Source: Epithemia pelagica (Eukaryota > Protista > Bacillariophyta). From it: 64,000 nt of DNA. The stretch lies in NCBI GenBank assembly GCA_946965045.2, contig OX337229.1:4588001-4652000 (forward strand), written 5' to 3'. Under the pieces are notes generated by a model that worked only from the letters and a program-made list of their open reading frames with translations, searched no databases and had not been told where the DNA came from. A program made the translations under genes and the position numbers. Positions 11,625 through 23,500 of this stretch are shown in pieces. How positions within the stretch are numbered: the stretch's first letter is position 1; every line of letters begins with the position of its first letter.

Positions 11625-12157
11625 ATTAATGTAGTATGATTTGGGGCGGTTGCAAAAACCGGGTGGTGGTGGGCCTAAATCTTTCTATTAGTTCTCTATT
11701 TGTCCATGTTCATAGTTTATGCTATAGTACATCGATTAAGCGTTCTGGTCGTGTTCCGCTTTGTAGTCAGACTTTGCCTAGAATGACAGCGAGCTGCTCA
11801 GGATTACCCCAGCTCCCAGGGGCAGTCCACTCCTCGTCGCTATTGCCCTTCTCGGAGGTAAGCCACTCCTCACACCCTAGCTCCTCCTCATCCGCCCTCA
11901 GCTATTAAAGTAGACTTACGACATCCTCACATCGTACAACAATCAAGAGCCCCGGGGCTTAGGCCTCGGGGCGTCTGTGCAAAAGCACCGTATCTTTGAC
12001 CCACTTGCCACTTCGCAAACCGGGAGTTAACAGATAGTGCATGAACGTTGGAGGGCAGTCAGTAGACGATTGCACCAGTGCAAGAAAGAGAAAGGCTCCC
12101 GAACAAGAACTAGCGGGAAGAAAATCAGTTGCTTTTGAGAAAGAGGCTCTGAACGAA

Positions 12158-14798
12158 ATGGGAATCTGCGGATCGAAAGATGGCCCGGAAGCAAGTGCCC
12201 CGACAACCGGAACAACTGCCTCGGCACCTCCGTCTGCTCCAGCCGCCACTACAACGAGTGAAGACAACAAGACACGGTTCAGGGAGCCAAGCACTGTCCT
12301 GCACAGAGCAGCTCCATCTTCGGGTGGTGAAGCGAAAGACGACCTTATTCACCATGTGAAGAATATTTTTGCCAAGAAGTTGATTTTCAATTCTGACTTC
12401 CGTCCACCAGTGCACCATAAAACGAGAGATGAGAAACAGTTCATTTTGAAGGCCTTGCAAAATAATTTTGTCTTTGAGAATATGGCACCGCGTGAATTGG
12501 ATCCTCTTGTAATGGCTTTCGAAAAATCAAGTGCGAATGAAGGGGGAGAAATCATCAAACAGGGCGACACTGGCGATTACTTTTACATTCTTGAGCAGGG
12601 AAGGTGTGCATTTCATGTGAATGGAGTTGAAGTCGGAAAAGCAACGGAGCCTGGATCTTCATTTGGAGAGTTAGCGCTTTTGTATACGGCGCCTCGAGCC
12701 GCCACTGTGACGGCGCTTGATACGCCAACAAAATTCTATCGTGTGGATCAAACGACCTTTCGTTACATCTTGCAGAACCAAACTCAGGAAGGAACAAAGA
12801 CAAAGTTTGACTTACTACGAAAAATTCCTTTCTTGAAAGACTTAGGCGACGAAGAAATGGGACAGCTTGCTTCAGCCATGACTCCTCATCCCTTCACGAA
12901 AGATGAGTATCTGATGAAGAAAGGCGATGACGCCGACTTTTTCTACGTCGTACAAGAAGGTAGCCTGAAAGTCACCGACATTCAAGTCGGTGACTCTAAA
13001 TACGAGGATGTCATCGTCAAAGCAGGTGGTTATGTTGGAGAACGTGCACTCGTAACAGGTGAACCAAGAGCTGCCAATGTCGCATGTATGACAGATGGAC
13101 TCGCCTTCTACATCGACAAAGAAACATTTGAAACTATTCTAGGAAGTCTGAACGACGTCATTCTTCGGGCACAAGATCAGAGGCAACTTGTAAGTTCCAA
13201 ATGCAGGTAATCTGTATTTGCGTGAACTGTTCTCACCCTTATGTTGTTGGTTCTAGTCGGCAATCAAGATCATCAAGGACTCAAAATACGACCAGAAAAC
13301 TCTGGTTTCTCTTGCACGTCGCTTCAAAGATAAGGAGTTCAAAAAGGGGGATGTGATCGTCGAAGAGGGAGAAATGACCGAAGCAGCACTTCACTTTCCT
13401 CGCGGGGGATTGAAGCTTGAACTTACCAACAAAGCTGGCTCACGCAAGGAAACATTCGAAGTTGGTGGCTATTTTGGGGAAGACCAATTACTGGCTGACG
13501 TTCAATCAGGCAAGAATAGCATGAAGGATACAACTTTGATTATGGCCTCCTATACTGTTACGGTGTTGGAGGATGGTCTCTGTGGTCTATTGACGTTGGC
13601 TGAATGCCGCAAGGTTGTTGATACCAAATTCATTGGGAAAGAGATGGCAAGGGAGGCAAGCGCACCATTGATGAAGCTTGGCATGCAAGATCTTCATCGA
13701 CATACGATTCTTGGTGCTGGAACGTTTGGGCAGGTGTGGCTTGTCTCGATCAAGAAGGAAAAGCAAAAGAAAGGATACGCTCTAAAGATCCAATCCAAGT
13801 TCGAACTGGTCAAGGATGGACAAGCGAAAGCTGTGATCGACGAAAAGAACATTATGGCTCAGCTCCATCATCCTTTTATCATTGAACTTGTTTCAACTTT
13901 TCAGGACAAAAAGTTCGTCTATATGCTTCTCCAGTTGGTCCAGGGTGGAGAACTATTTAGTTTACTTCACAGCCGATCAGGTGATGGCATCCCTGAAGCG
14001 AACGCCAAGTTCTACGCTGCGGCAATCGCAGATGGCTTGGCCTTTATGCATCGCTTGTCGATTGTATATCGTGATCTCAAACCTGAAAACGTCTTGATCG
14101 GCTCCGATGGATACCCTGTTGTAAGTTTTCTGATCAACTTCCTCTGCTTTTTTCACGTGATACTAAGCAATGCATATCTGTTATCCTCTTTGAGCAGATT
14201 ATCGATTTCGGTTTTGCCAAATTCGTCAAGGATAAAACTTACACACTTTGTGGGACGCCCCTCTATCTTGCCCCTGAGGTGATTCTGAACAGAGGGCACA
14301 ATCATGCAGCTGATAATTGGAGTCTGGGTGTTCTTATTTACGAGATGATAACTGGTATGTATCAGCTTGATTTTTTTTGTCGTTTGTTGCATTGCCATTT
14401 TTCACTGAATCTGTTCCTGTCTAGGTGACACGCCTTTCTACAAACACGGTATGGAGCAAATGGATCTATTCCGTTCGATCGTTAAGGGAAATTTTTCGAT
14501 CCCTGCCATTCTCTCTGCCGAAGCTGCCAACATCGTGACTCAGTTTTTGATTAAGAATCCCACTAAGCGCCTTGGCAGTCTAGCCAATCGTGAGGATGAC
14601 ATCTACGCAGACCTTTGGTTTGCTTCGGTGGACTTTGATGCCCTGCGCGACAAGGCTCTTACGGCACCGCACAAACCAGCAGTAAAAGACCCACTCGACA
14701 GTTCTAACTTTGACGACTGGAGTCATCTGCCTGATAAAGCGGCTGCGAAGCACCCACTGCTCAACGCAGAAGAAGAGTCAATCTTCGCAAATTTCTAA
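12158..14798 (+). CDS. Cyclic-nucleotide-dependent protein kinase, PKG-like architecture, paralog 2, ~808 aa, N-terminal MGICGSK acylation motif
   Basis: Exons 12158-13189, 13257-14120, 14198-14354, 14425-14798 (all GT-AG, frame preserved). Motifs [68 protein letters not shown]. An in-frame ATG at 12041 also exists. Confidence 0.92.
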
Positions 14799-14888
14799 AA
14801 GAAGTAGTGAATGACGTTTGAAAGGTCAAGATAGTGTAATGTTGATGTTCGTGCAATAAAAAGTAAAACATACACATTCATACATAAA

Positions 14889-15961
14889 CTAAAGATCAGG
14901 CAATCCATTTGCCTCGACAGGTGGCATACTCGTTGAAGAGGACGATCCAAGGCTTGCTGTATCAGAAAGTTTGCTTGTATCCAAACCTTCCATCCATCCA
15001 TCGGGCAAATCAAGCCCGTCAAACCGTGAGGCGTAGTTCGTCAACGCCTCTTCACTGGGCACAAAACCTATTGAGGTATAAACTTCGCGCAAAACTTTGT
15101 CCCAGAAGAAAACAAGAAAAGTCATGAAAGCCACGACAATGACCATAATTCCAACTTGACGCAAAGCTTCTACCGGAGTTGGAAACTTCGACTGCGAGAT
15201 CTCGTATGTGTACTGCTCGACAATGCTTTTCGTCATGAGTGGGTCAGCTTCTTCTTGTTCTTCTTGCGTGAGTTCTTTCTGAGGGTCGTATAGCATACTC
15301 GGCATGTCGTCACTCCAATCAGTTGATTGGCTTCCTTTCAATTTTGTATCGGATATTTGAGAAAGATCGAGGCCACCGAAAACATTTGGATCACTTTGGC
15401 TGCTCGGACCACCACTTCTGGCTGCTTCCTCTTTCCGTGCAATGTAGTCTGCCGTAGCCTGGGATTTCTCGATCCCCAAACCTGCTGTACGCTCTCGAAT
15501 GGCAGCTCTGACTCGTTCCGCGGTGTCATTCTCATACTGCGATAAAACAAAAGAACAAAGTGAAATCAGCCTGTGAACCATCTCTGGCATGAAGTAAATA
15601 CAAAATTTGGCTTCATCTTTGCACACTCCAGCTTAGAAACACGTACACCTTGCGAGTCAAAGTCACCCATCATATCAAGTCGCTTTTGATCTTCTTGCTC
15701 TGTCAACGATTGCCCAGCTTGATCGAAACTCGTCCGCTCGACAACATCTTCTGGTTCAGTTGTTTCCGAAGAAGAATCATCACTGGAAAGAAATCTTCTG
15801 CACAATGTTGGAGTTTCAAGCACCGGGCAATGTCTTGGTGTATGGAGAGTGTTTAATCTTCCAGGATGAATCCTATGATTTTCTGTCGTCCACCCTTCCA
15901 CTGTAACATGGTGTAGCAAAAGCAGCACGGAAACAACCTCAGTTATCCTTCGACTCCACAT
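14889..15961 (-). CDS. secE: Nucleus-encoded plastid preprotein translocase subunit SecE-like
   Basis: Exons 15961-15647 and 15536-14889. Signal peptide MWSRRITEVVSVLLLLHHVTVEG|W (aromatic +1 residue, plastid-type). EISQSKFPTPVEALRQVGIMVIVVAFMTFLVFFWDKVL matches the SecE amphipathic helix + WP(T) hinge + single TM pattern. Confidence 0.7.
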
Positions 15962-16287
15962 GTTGCAGAGTTGTTCCATACACGTGATGCCCGAGTTGAT
16001 GGTTTGTTTGTTGATGGTCCTTCTTATGTTTTCTCCTAAGGATATGGGCGTCGGTCGCGGGAAATGAGTGAATGCAGAGTCACATGAGAAGCCCAAAAAA
16101 ACGTCAGACGATCTATCAACGTCTGCCCGTTCATCCATTTTCATCGTTTTGGTGGGCGCGACAACACCGCAAGTTGATGGTTCTGTGACAGAGATCACTG
16201 TCAGCACAACCAAAAAGTTCTCTTTGATCGAAAAGGTCACTCATACCCATTTAGATTGCTGTTGCAGAGAACGAGCATTGGTTCACA

Positions 16288-17617
16288 ATGAAGTTTTCGT
16301 CCGCAGCTATCTTGCACACATTTCTTTTTCATCTTTCTGATGCCTTCACAGTGACGTCAACTTCAAATGGGTGAGTAGACATGGTACTTCGATTATATGC
16401 TCAATGTACGCGAACTTAATCTGTTTTCACCGCCTCTCGTATTGAACAGAGCAACACGTCTTCACTCGGCAGTATTGGAAGAGACTGAAACCACGCAAGA
16501 AAAGCCTAAAAAGAAACCCTCGCCTACTCGTTTCGATCGCCTGAAACAGCTCTACAAAGGTCCACGGTTTACACTATCTGATGAGAACATTCCATTTTCT
16601 TATGATGAGTTTGCTCAGGCCGTTGAGGAAACAGAGTATGCATTTGAGCGAAACACAATAGTCGAGGGCATGGCTGTTGAGTATTCTGGATCTGGCTGCT
16701 TGGTCGATATCGGGGCAAAAGCATCTGCATTCCTGCCGGAGGGAGAAGCTTCACTCATGATGCACGACAAAGAGTTAGAGGATGTTGTACCTCTTGATAC
16801 GCCTCTTCAGTTCCAGATCATTAGTGACGAAGATGAAAATGGACAAGTTTTAGTCAGCATCAAACGAATCGAGTATAAACGTGCATGGGAAAAAGTTACG
16901 CAGATGAGCGAGGAGGATGAAGTTCTTGAGGCTGAGGTCGTTGCCGTGAACCGTGGTGGTGCGATATGCCTAGTTGAGGGACTCAGGGCATTTCTTCCAG
17001 GATCACACCTTACTGGCCAACTTCCTGATGAGAACATCATTGGCCAAACGCTTCCTTTGAAATTCTTAGAGGTCAACCAAGAAAACAATAAGCTGGTTGT
17101 TTCTAACCGCAAAGCTGTCGTGGAACAACAGATGTCTGATCTCTCGCGAGGGGACGTTGTATCAGGTCTCGTCAAGGCCTTGAAGCCCTATGGCGCCTTT
17201 GTTGAAGTTGGCGGAATGTCCGGACTTTTGCACATTTCCCAAATCTCTCATGATCGTATCGAAGATCTCGAAGCAGTTCTCCAACCAGGAATGCAAATCA
17301 AGTGTATGATCATTGACCATGACAAAATGAACGGACGAATTGCTCTGGCTACGAAGACTCTCGAGTATGAGCCCGGTGCGATACTCAGCGACCCTGCTCA
17401 AGTTTTCGAAAAAGCTGAAGAAACTGCCGCAGCATATCTTCTCAAGATGGAAGAAGAAAAGCAGCAACGAGAAGCTGCAGCGAGAGAAGTTGTCCTCGCT
17501 CTTGGAGATTCATTGGACGGTCTTGGACTCGATGATGAGAGCAAGTCCGATGGTGAGGGGTCCTCTGACGATCCTCTGCAAGCTGTGTCGGATAGTCTGG
17601 ATAACCTCCTTTCGTAG
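16288..17617 (+). CDS. rps1: Plastid 30S ribosomal protein S1
   Basis: Exons 16288-16370 and 16450-17617. Bipartite presequence MKFSSAAILHTFLFHLSDA|FTV. Three S1 repeats (VDIGAKASAFLP, VEGLRAFLPGSH, KPYGAFVEVGGMSGLLHISQISH). Confidence 0.92.
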
Positions 17618-17782
17618 AGGCTACCTTGTTACTTCGTGAAACCGTCTTTGTAAACAAATCATTTGAATATAGATTGAAAGCAAGTCAAGTACTTAGTTTA
17701 ATCAAAGGTTATATCGCTCTTCAAAAGCTACTAGTCACATTGCTCTGTAGAAATCGACGAAATTATGTTCGTGAACTTGATG

Positions 17783-18676
17783 TTAGTCTGTGCCTGTCGC
17801 TTGTCTATTCATTTGCCAGCTGTAATCAAAAAATCTAACTGCAACCTGATTCTTTTCAATCTTCGACTTTAGCTCATCGTCATCAAGAAACTGTGGCAGC
17901 CACTCTCTCAAACCGTCCCAGCCTCCGAAATCATCGCCAAACCAAAGAAAAATACGAGAAAGGAACAGTTTTCGATTGTTGACCAACTTTAGCCCTTTGG
18001 TGTCGTTTTGCATCCATAATCGCATTTGGTCCTTCATTTGTTCTTTCACAGTGGATCCAACAAATGCCTCTTTTCGCAGATTGGGGCAAGACGCTGAAGC
18101 ACATACAATGCATGCATGGACTGCAGGTTCTGCCCATTTTTCACGAAGTTCCTTGTGTTCAATGTCGTTCAGTGAGTAGGTCCGTCCACCAATAACACCA
18201 GCTTCTTTATCCCAGACTGCATTCCCCATACTTGACAAATTATTGATAGAATAAAGCCCGTTCGAGCCTTCGGCCTTGTCCATATTATTAACCAAGAGCG
18301 AGACACAGAGGGCATTGTATGCATTCATCCAGAACGCCAACTGTTCGGGCTCGGGTAGCGCCGAAACATCAGCAGATTCCATTTTGCTGAGGTAGGCCTT
18401 GAAATCGGTGTCACTCGACAAGGACACATAATCGACCAGATGAATGCCAGTAACATCACCGATGCTCCCATTTGTGTCTACGACGTGTTTCTTCAGAACT
18501 TTGTCCCACAAGGAATGATCAAATTGATCCTTTTTCACGGGTTCGAAATCTGACAGCTTCTTTCTTTTAGGAATGTCAACAACAGAAGGAATTTGTTTGT
18601 CTGCCACAGCCTTTTCAAGTTTATAGAGAGGTGGCTTCAGGAAGTCGAGTGTGTTGGCGAGACGCTTGAGAACCAT
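17783..18676 (-). CDS. DUF547 domain protein
   Basis: QLAFWMNAYNA, YSLNDIEH, EPAVHACIVCASASCPNL, LSRIFLWFGDDF and YSWQMN are characteristic of DUF547. Confidence 0.85.
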   Translation of the reverse strand: MVLKRLANTLDFLKPPLYKLEKAVADKQIPSVVDIPKRKKLSDFEPVKKDQFDHSLWDKVLKKHVVDTNGSIGDVTGIHLVDYVSLSSDTDFKAYLSKMESADVSALPEPEQLAFWMNAYNALCVSLLVNNMDKAEGSNGLYSINNLSSMGNAVWDKEAGVIGGRTYSLNDIEHKELREKWAEPAVHACIVCASASCPNLRKEAFVGSTVKEQMKDQMRLWMQNDTKGLKLVNNRKLFLSRIFLWFGDDFGGWDGLREWLPQFLDDDELKSKIEKNQVAVRFFDYSWQMNRQATGTD

Positions 18677-18946
18677 GGTTGACAACAGGAGTTTGCCGAA
18701 AAGCGACGACGAATGAAAGATGAAGAGAGTAATTTTGGAAATGTGTTTTATAGCAAGAGGATGAGGAAGGGCGTGCTCAGAGTATTGAGCACCTTACTGA
18801 TTGGCTTGAGCAACAAAGCGCTTGTCAAATTGGCAAGATGTGTATTAAGGCGATGTTTCTGTTTCGTCGTCATTTTGCTCTGCGTACTATGGATATGTTG
18901 GAATGAAATGTGCGTGAGCAACATTCCCTCCAACGCCACGTCTCTA

Positions 18947-20484
18947 CGGACTCCGGGGGACAAAAAATTCCTCCACGATAGCCCGTTTTCACGTTGGTAA
19001 GACTTCCGGCCTAACGAGATTCAGTACACCATACATTTTCCTAAAGTAAAATGAATTGCCCCTCATTCACGGTTGATTCTTGTAAGGTTACACCTCGTAA
19101 AGATGAAATCCCTCACCCTCACCATGAGACGAGTATGCGCTTACCCTTCCTGTACGAATAGTAGAACAACAATCATACTAGTGCAAAATGTACATACCGC
19201 TTCCTAATGATAAGCCTATTTTATGTTACCACCACCACAGCTGCTTGTCGTCGTTGTTATAGGTCACTCGGCCGAAACGAGGAGTTGATTGTTGCGTTTG
19301 GCGCCGTTGTCGGGGCATCGGATTGTCTCGTTCGGCCAAAACAAGGAGTTGATTGTTGCGCTTGTTGTAGACCCGTAGAACTGAAAGACACAGAGTTGGA
19401 GAGCAGTTGATTGTTGCGTTTGGTGTCATTGTCATTATCGTGGCCACGGATTGTTTCACTCGGGCGAAACAACGAGTTGATTGTTATGATGGGGACATGC
19501 ACTGCTACGCGGGGACAAAACCAGTTGGGTTACATGTACTTGGTTGTGTCTGTGGTCATGGTTGTGGGTGTCGTATCATCATCACCATCCGATGGCTCGG
19601 TCGTTGTGGTTGTTGGTTTTGTCGTTGTGATCCTCCATCATGTTCCGGTTGTTCTGGTTGTGGCGACAACGGCCGAGGAAGCTGCCAAAAAGTGTAGGGA
19701 AGTCTCCCTCCATCGTTGCGCCATTTCACTGCCTTTCAGTAGTTTATTGTAGTGTTCTTAGATCCAGAACAACCTCGGGCACAGCCACCAGTCGTCCAGT
19801 CTTAATCGTTGTTGCCGCTCATCAATGTGCCATGTGCCATACAGTTTTCCGCTCGCAAGGCTCTTCAACCACCGCCACCACAGCTCCACGGGGTCAGCAC
19901 CTTCTTCTTCCTCTCAAACTGTGTTGTCGGAAGCAGCCGCACCATCGGCACCACCATCGTCGGTGGCAGTAGAAGCAGTCCTTCCACCCACGGATGAAGT
20001 TTGTTTTGTTTGGACAAATCAGGCTTTTGTTGCGTTTGAGCCACCAACGGACGAGGCTTTCAATTGTTGTGTTCGGACCACTTAATGACGAGAAGTTGAT
20101 TGTTGCGTGCGGACGTATGTTGGGTGAATTTCTGGATACATTCTATCAATTGTGGTCGTTGTCTTCTCACGGTCACTTCGTTTGTTGCGGATGCCAAAAA
20201 GGAAGACTTCAAAACCTTGCCGTAGGTCCATCAATCAAGCCAACCCATCGTCGCCCTTTTCACCCATCACGGTACACTTGATTCTGAAGACACCGTGATG
20301 GTCGGAGGAGTACTAGGACCTTTCGTTGGAGGTACACACCGGCTTGAGTTGCCATGGTGGTGCCTTGTGCAGTACAATGACCGTGGTGTGTTTCCTAGAC
20401 CAGGCCCAGATTACTGTAGACAATAGAGTACGAGTATGAAAAGCACGGGTAACTATGGAGGAATTTTTTGTCCCCCGGAGTCCG
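18947..20484. mobile_element. Non-autonomous TIR DNA transposon (Tc1/mariner-like TA flanks), 1538 bp
   Basis: TACGGACTCCGGGGGACAAAAAATTCCTCCA (18945-18975) is the exact reverse complement of 20456-20486 (31/31): a 29-bp TIR plus TA at each end. No transposase ORF inside. Confidence 0.85.
19262..19490. repeat. Degenerate tandem array, ~58-70 bp period, core GTTGATTGTTG
   Basis: Core at 19284, 19348, 19406 and 19476 (last base A), with an isolated fifth copy at 20095. Several copies are preceded by TCGGCCRAAAC-like sequence. Confidence 0.8.
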
Positions 20485-20578
20485 TACACGTTGCGCGACT
20501 ATGCCCATATTGGTCGCTGAAAGTTAGCGCACACTTGCCAATGACAACTTGGTTTCAGTTTCACCGTGTTACGGAACA

Positions 20579-23500
20579 ATGAGAGCTGGGAGGGATATGG
20601 AGGAAACGGCGCTTCAAACGAAGCTACGACCTGGAGGAAGAGGACGCAGCTTCTCTCCTGGTCATCCTAGGCGTGGAAAGAAGGAGAACCATGAAATAAA
20701 GCAGATCAGAACCCGATTTTCAAGCGCTATCGCAACCTACGCACATTTGCTAGAGCACAACTATGGGAGCGACGCTTATTCACGTCGTCGGCGATGTGTC
20801 CAAGTAATGCTGGATTCTCTGTTTGAAACCTTGAAACTTGCAACCAATTCTGATGGCTCTTCGTCAGTCTTAAAAGATTTACGCAATCTGCTTTGTCGAT
20901 CTCTTCGCACTTTTGGAGTTGGAGATGCTGCTTTGCGGCAGCAAATTCTGGATATTATGGAAAAAATAACAATCGGTGTACCCATGCTGCCGACCAATCG
21001 CTCGATGGTGGAGTCTGTCACGTTAGTTCTAATTCATTTCCTTCCCTGTACGTTTGACGCTGTAGCGGATGCTGACTCTTCGGCACAGATCATGCAAACA
21101 TTTCGTGTCGTTTGTGGAACTTCTCTTGGTTCTCGAAGTCAAGCGCAGAACCATAGAGGTAATATTCATCTGCCTTTTCTGAAAAGTCTGGTAAATGTCC
21201 CTCTCCATGTTTCTGCTCAGTCAGAGATTATTTTACACATTCATGAGACGCTTCCAAAGTGGTCGTGGGACGATTTCCCTCATCTTGTCAGTTGCTTGCT
21301 GGGCTTTTGTTCGACACAAAAACAATATACGGAGTCCATTCTATGCATACGCCGGTCATGGATGCACAAAATATCTACTCTACTGCAAGACGAAGGACTC
21401 GGCGCACCCTCGTTGGCAGTTTTGCGAACACTCCAGTCCATAGTGTTGTCAATCAATGCTGCATGTGAAAAGAACAACGACATCGAATTCATGTTCCAGC
21501 AATCCTATCTTGAAATCCTGCAAGACACCGCATCAGAGCAACGTGCCACATGCCTCCCACTAGATATTGCATACATTCTGTACATGAAATCCCAAGGTTC
21601 GATTGAATACTGCAACCAGATGACTGAATTGTTGACAGACTGGGGTGTCACAAATCGTTTTCCCTTTGACTCGCTCCGTACGTTGTGTCAATATCTCTCA
21701 AATGTTAGGGCATCCTATGGTGAAGAATTGGACCGTGCATCTGGAGATACATCCGCAGAGTTAGGCTCTGTTGGTCGTGTCCTCGCACAGGCAGTTCTGA
21801 ATCTGGCTTTTTCACTTGTCATTGACGTGGAGTGGTGCTCTCGTGATGAAGGTAACGAAGAACTGATGGCTGGCGAGTCCATTGCCTTTACACTGTTTCT
21901 ACATGACAGCGTGCTGAATTCTTGCGATAAAATCACACTTTTGAACTCGGTTGTGGAATCGTGGAAACATGCCGTGTTTTCAACAGGAGAGAATGATAAA
22001 CATACAGCAAGAATCATCAACCGAACTGGTCGGGTTGTTGAAGAAATAGCAGCATTGGATGGAGTGCCTGGGGTTCCTGAGTGGGCAGACATGTTTTCAG
22101 AGGCGTTGTGCTTGCCACTGAACCCCTCAGTTTATGACTGTGTCGTTCGTACGTGTTGTTGTGTGTTATCATGCGTTGGACGAACGAAACCATGCTTTGA
22201 GGTCAAACTTATTCAATTGATTCAGAAAATGTTGCAGTCTGGAAATGAAAGGGAATGGGCATCTCGAGGTATTAGTTTGGCCACGGCATGTATCCGAAGG
22301 TCGTTCTTGACAAACGAAGAAACACTGCACCTTATCAAGGAAGCCGTACTTCGAAGAGTCTTGCCGCCTCAGAGAACAATGATTGAGCCAGAACTTGGTC
22401 CACCATGCCTGCAGTTTCTTCAGGCTTGGGAAGATCAGAAAGACTCAAGGTCGAGCGTATTCAAGGAGTTTCAAATGTTGGTTTCTAATACTGGGCTTAT
22501 ACAATCTCTTTCCCACTACAAGAAGCAAACAAAGAAACGAAAGTACCAGGCACGTTTGGGGTTCTGCCGACCATTATCGAACTTTGTAACCGAGGATCAG
22601 AAAGAGATACCGAGCATGGTTTTCTGTGTTGCACATTTCATACGATCAATCAACCTGATGTCATCCGGGCGCTTCCATCCGACAATTAAGTGGGTTTTTG
22701 CACTTGTTGATACATATCTTAGAATTGGAAGAAGAGGAACTTCTACCAAATGGCGAGCATCTCCATGGCTTCATGCATTAATCGAACTTCCCAAGCTGTT
22801 TGGTAGCTTGAAAGTACACACTGAACAGCAACTCGCAGCCATCAAGTGGCTAGATACGGAACTGAACGATTGCGAGCTCTGTGAAATAACACGTCCGGCC
22901 TCCATCCGAGATGATTTCCAAAGTCGTGTTGTCGAACTGCTTAATAATGACACATTCATACGGGAGAGTGTGAGTTTGTTGAAGGCTCTTTTCGATTCAA
23001 GCCTCTCCTTATACGTTTCAGCGGTTGTCATGGCAGCCGTTGTGAAGAATGCATTTGAACACTACAAATACCTTCCATCTGATGACATGAATCGAGGCGC
23101 AATTCTCCGGCAAATTGGTCATCAGCTCTTGAAAGTGTTCCACGTGCGAACTAGATGCAAGTCGGTTCAGATTTTCGCTGAATCCTTGGAAGGCACTCTG
23201 CGCCGGAAAGGAAAACCAGTGCCATATTCATCTAATGATGGCACTACGTCAGAAAATACCCTCTCTGCCGAAGCTTCTCGTGACATCAGTCAACAGGTAA
23301 GAAGCGTAAAAGATACGTCAAAAGATCTTCACATCCTGAGTCTGAATCCCCATTATTCACTTTCCTTTAGATTGCTCAGGTCTCACAGCTAAGAGAGAAT
23401 ATGAAGTTCATGGACAACGAAATATTTCAGTCGTCGAAGTATTTCGAACATGAGATATTTCTAACTTGCCTGAACCACGAAACTCATGATGAAATCCTAA

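Larger units (their letters stand above)
8814..11675. mobile_element. Full-length PIF/Harbinger DNA transposon, 2862 bp, two divergent genes
   Basis: Perfect 17-bp TIR core CCCACCACCACCCGGTT (8816-8832 / 11657-11673) with further AACCGC match inward. TAA on both sides (8811-8813, 11676-11678). Contains a DDE transposase and a second ORF. Confidence 0.9.

Noticed and set aside
11948-11959. 12-bp palindrome AGCCCCGGGGCT; also the CTCACTGAGG doublet near 8541-8560 and the GATG-rich run near 36186-36220
   Set aside because: Short, isolated and within chance or simple-slippage expectation.
19262-19490. Repeat-spacer-like pattern suggestive of a CRISPR array
   Set aside because: Eukaryotic intron-containing context, an 11-bp degenerate core, similar spacers and no cas genes. 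It lies inside a TIR element.
20259-20358. Strong CCACCATGG start context on the minus strand inside the TIR element
   Set aside because: Opens only 31 codons before TGA, with no transposase similarity.
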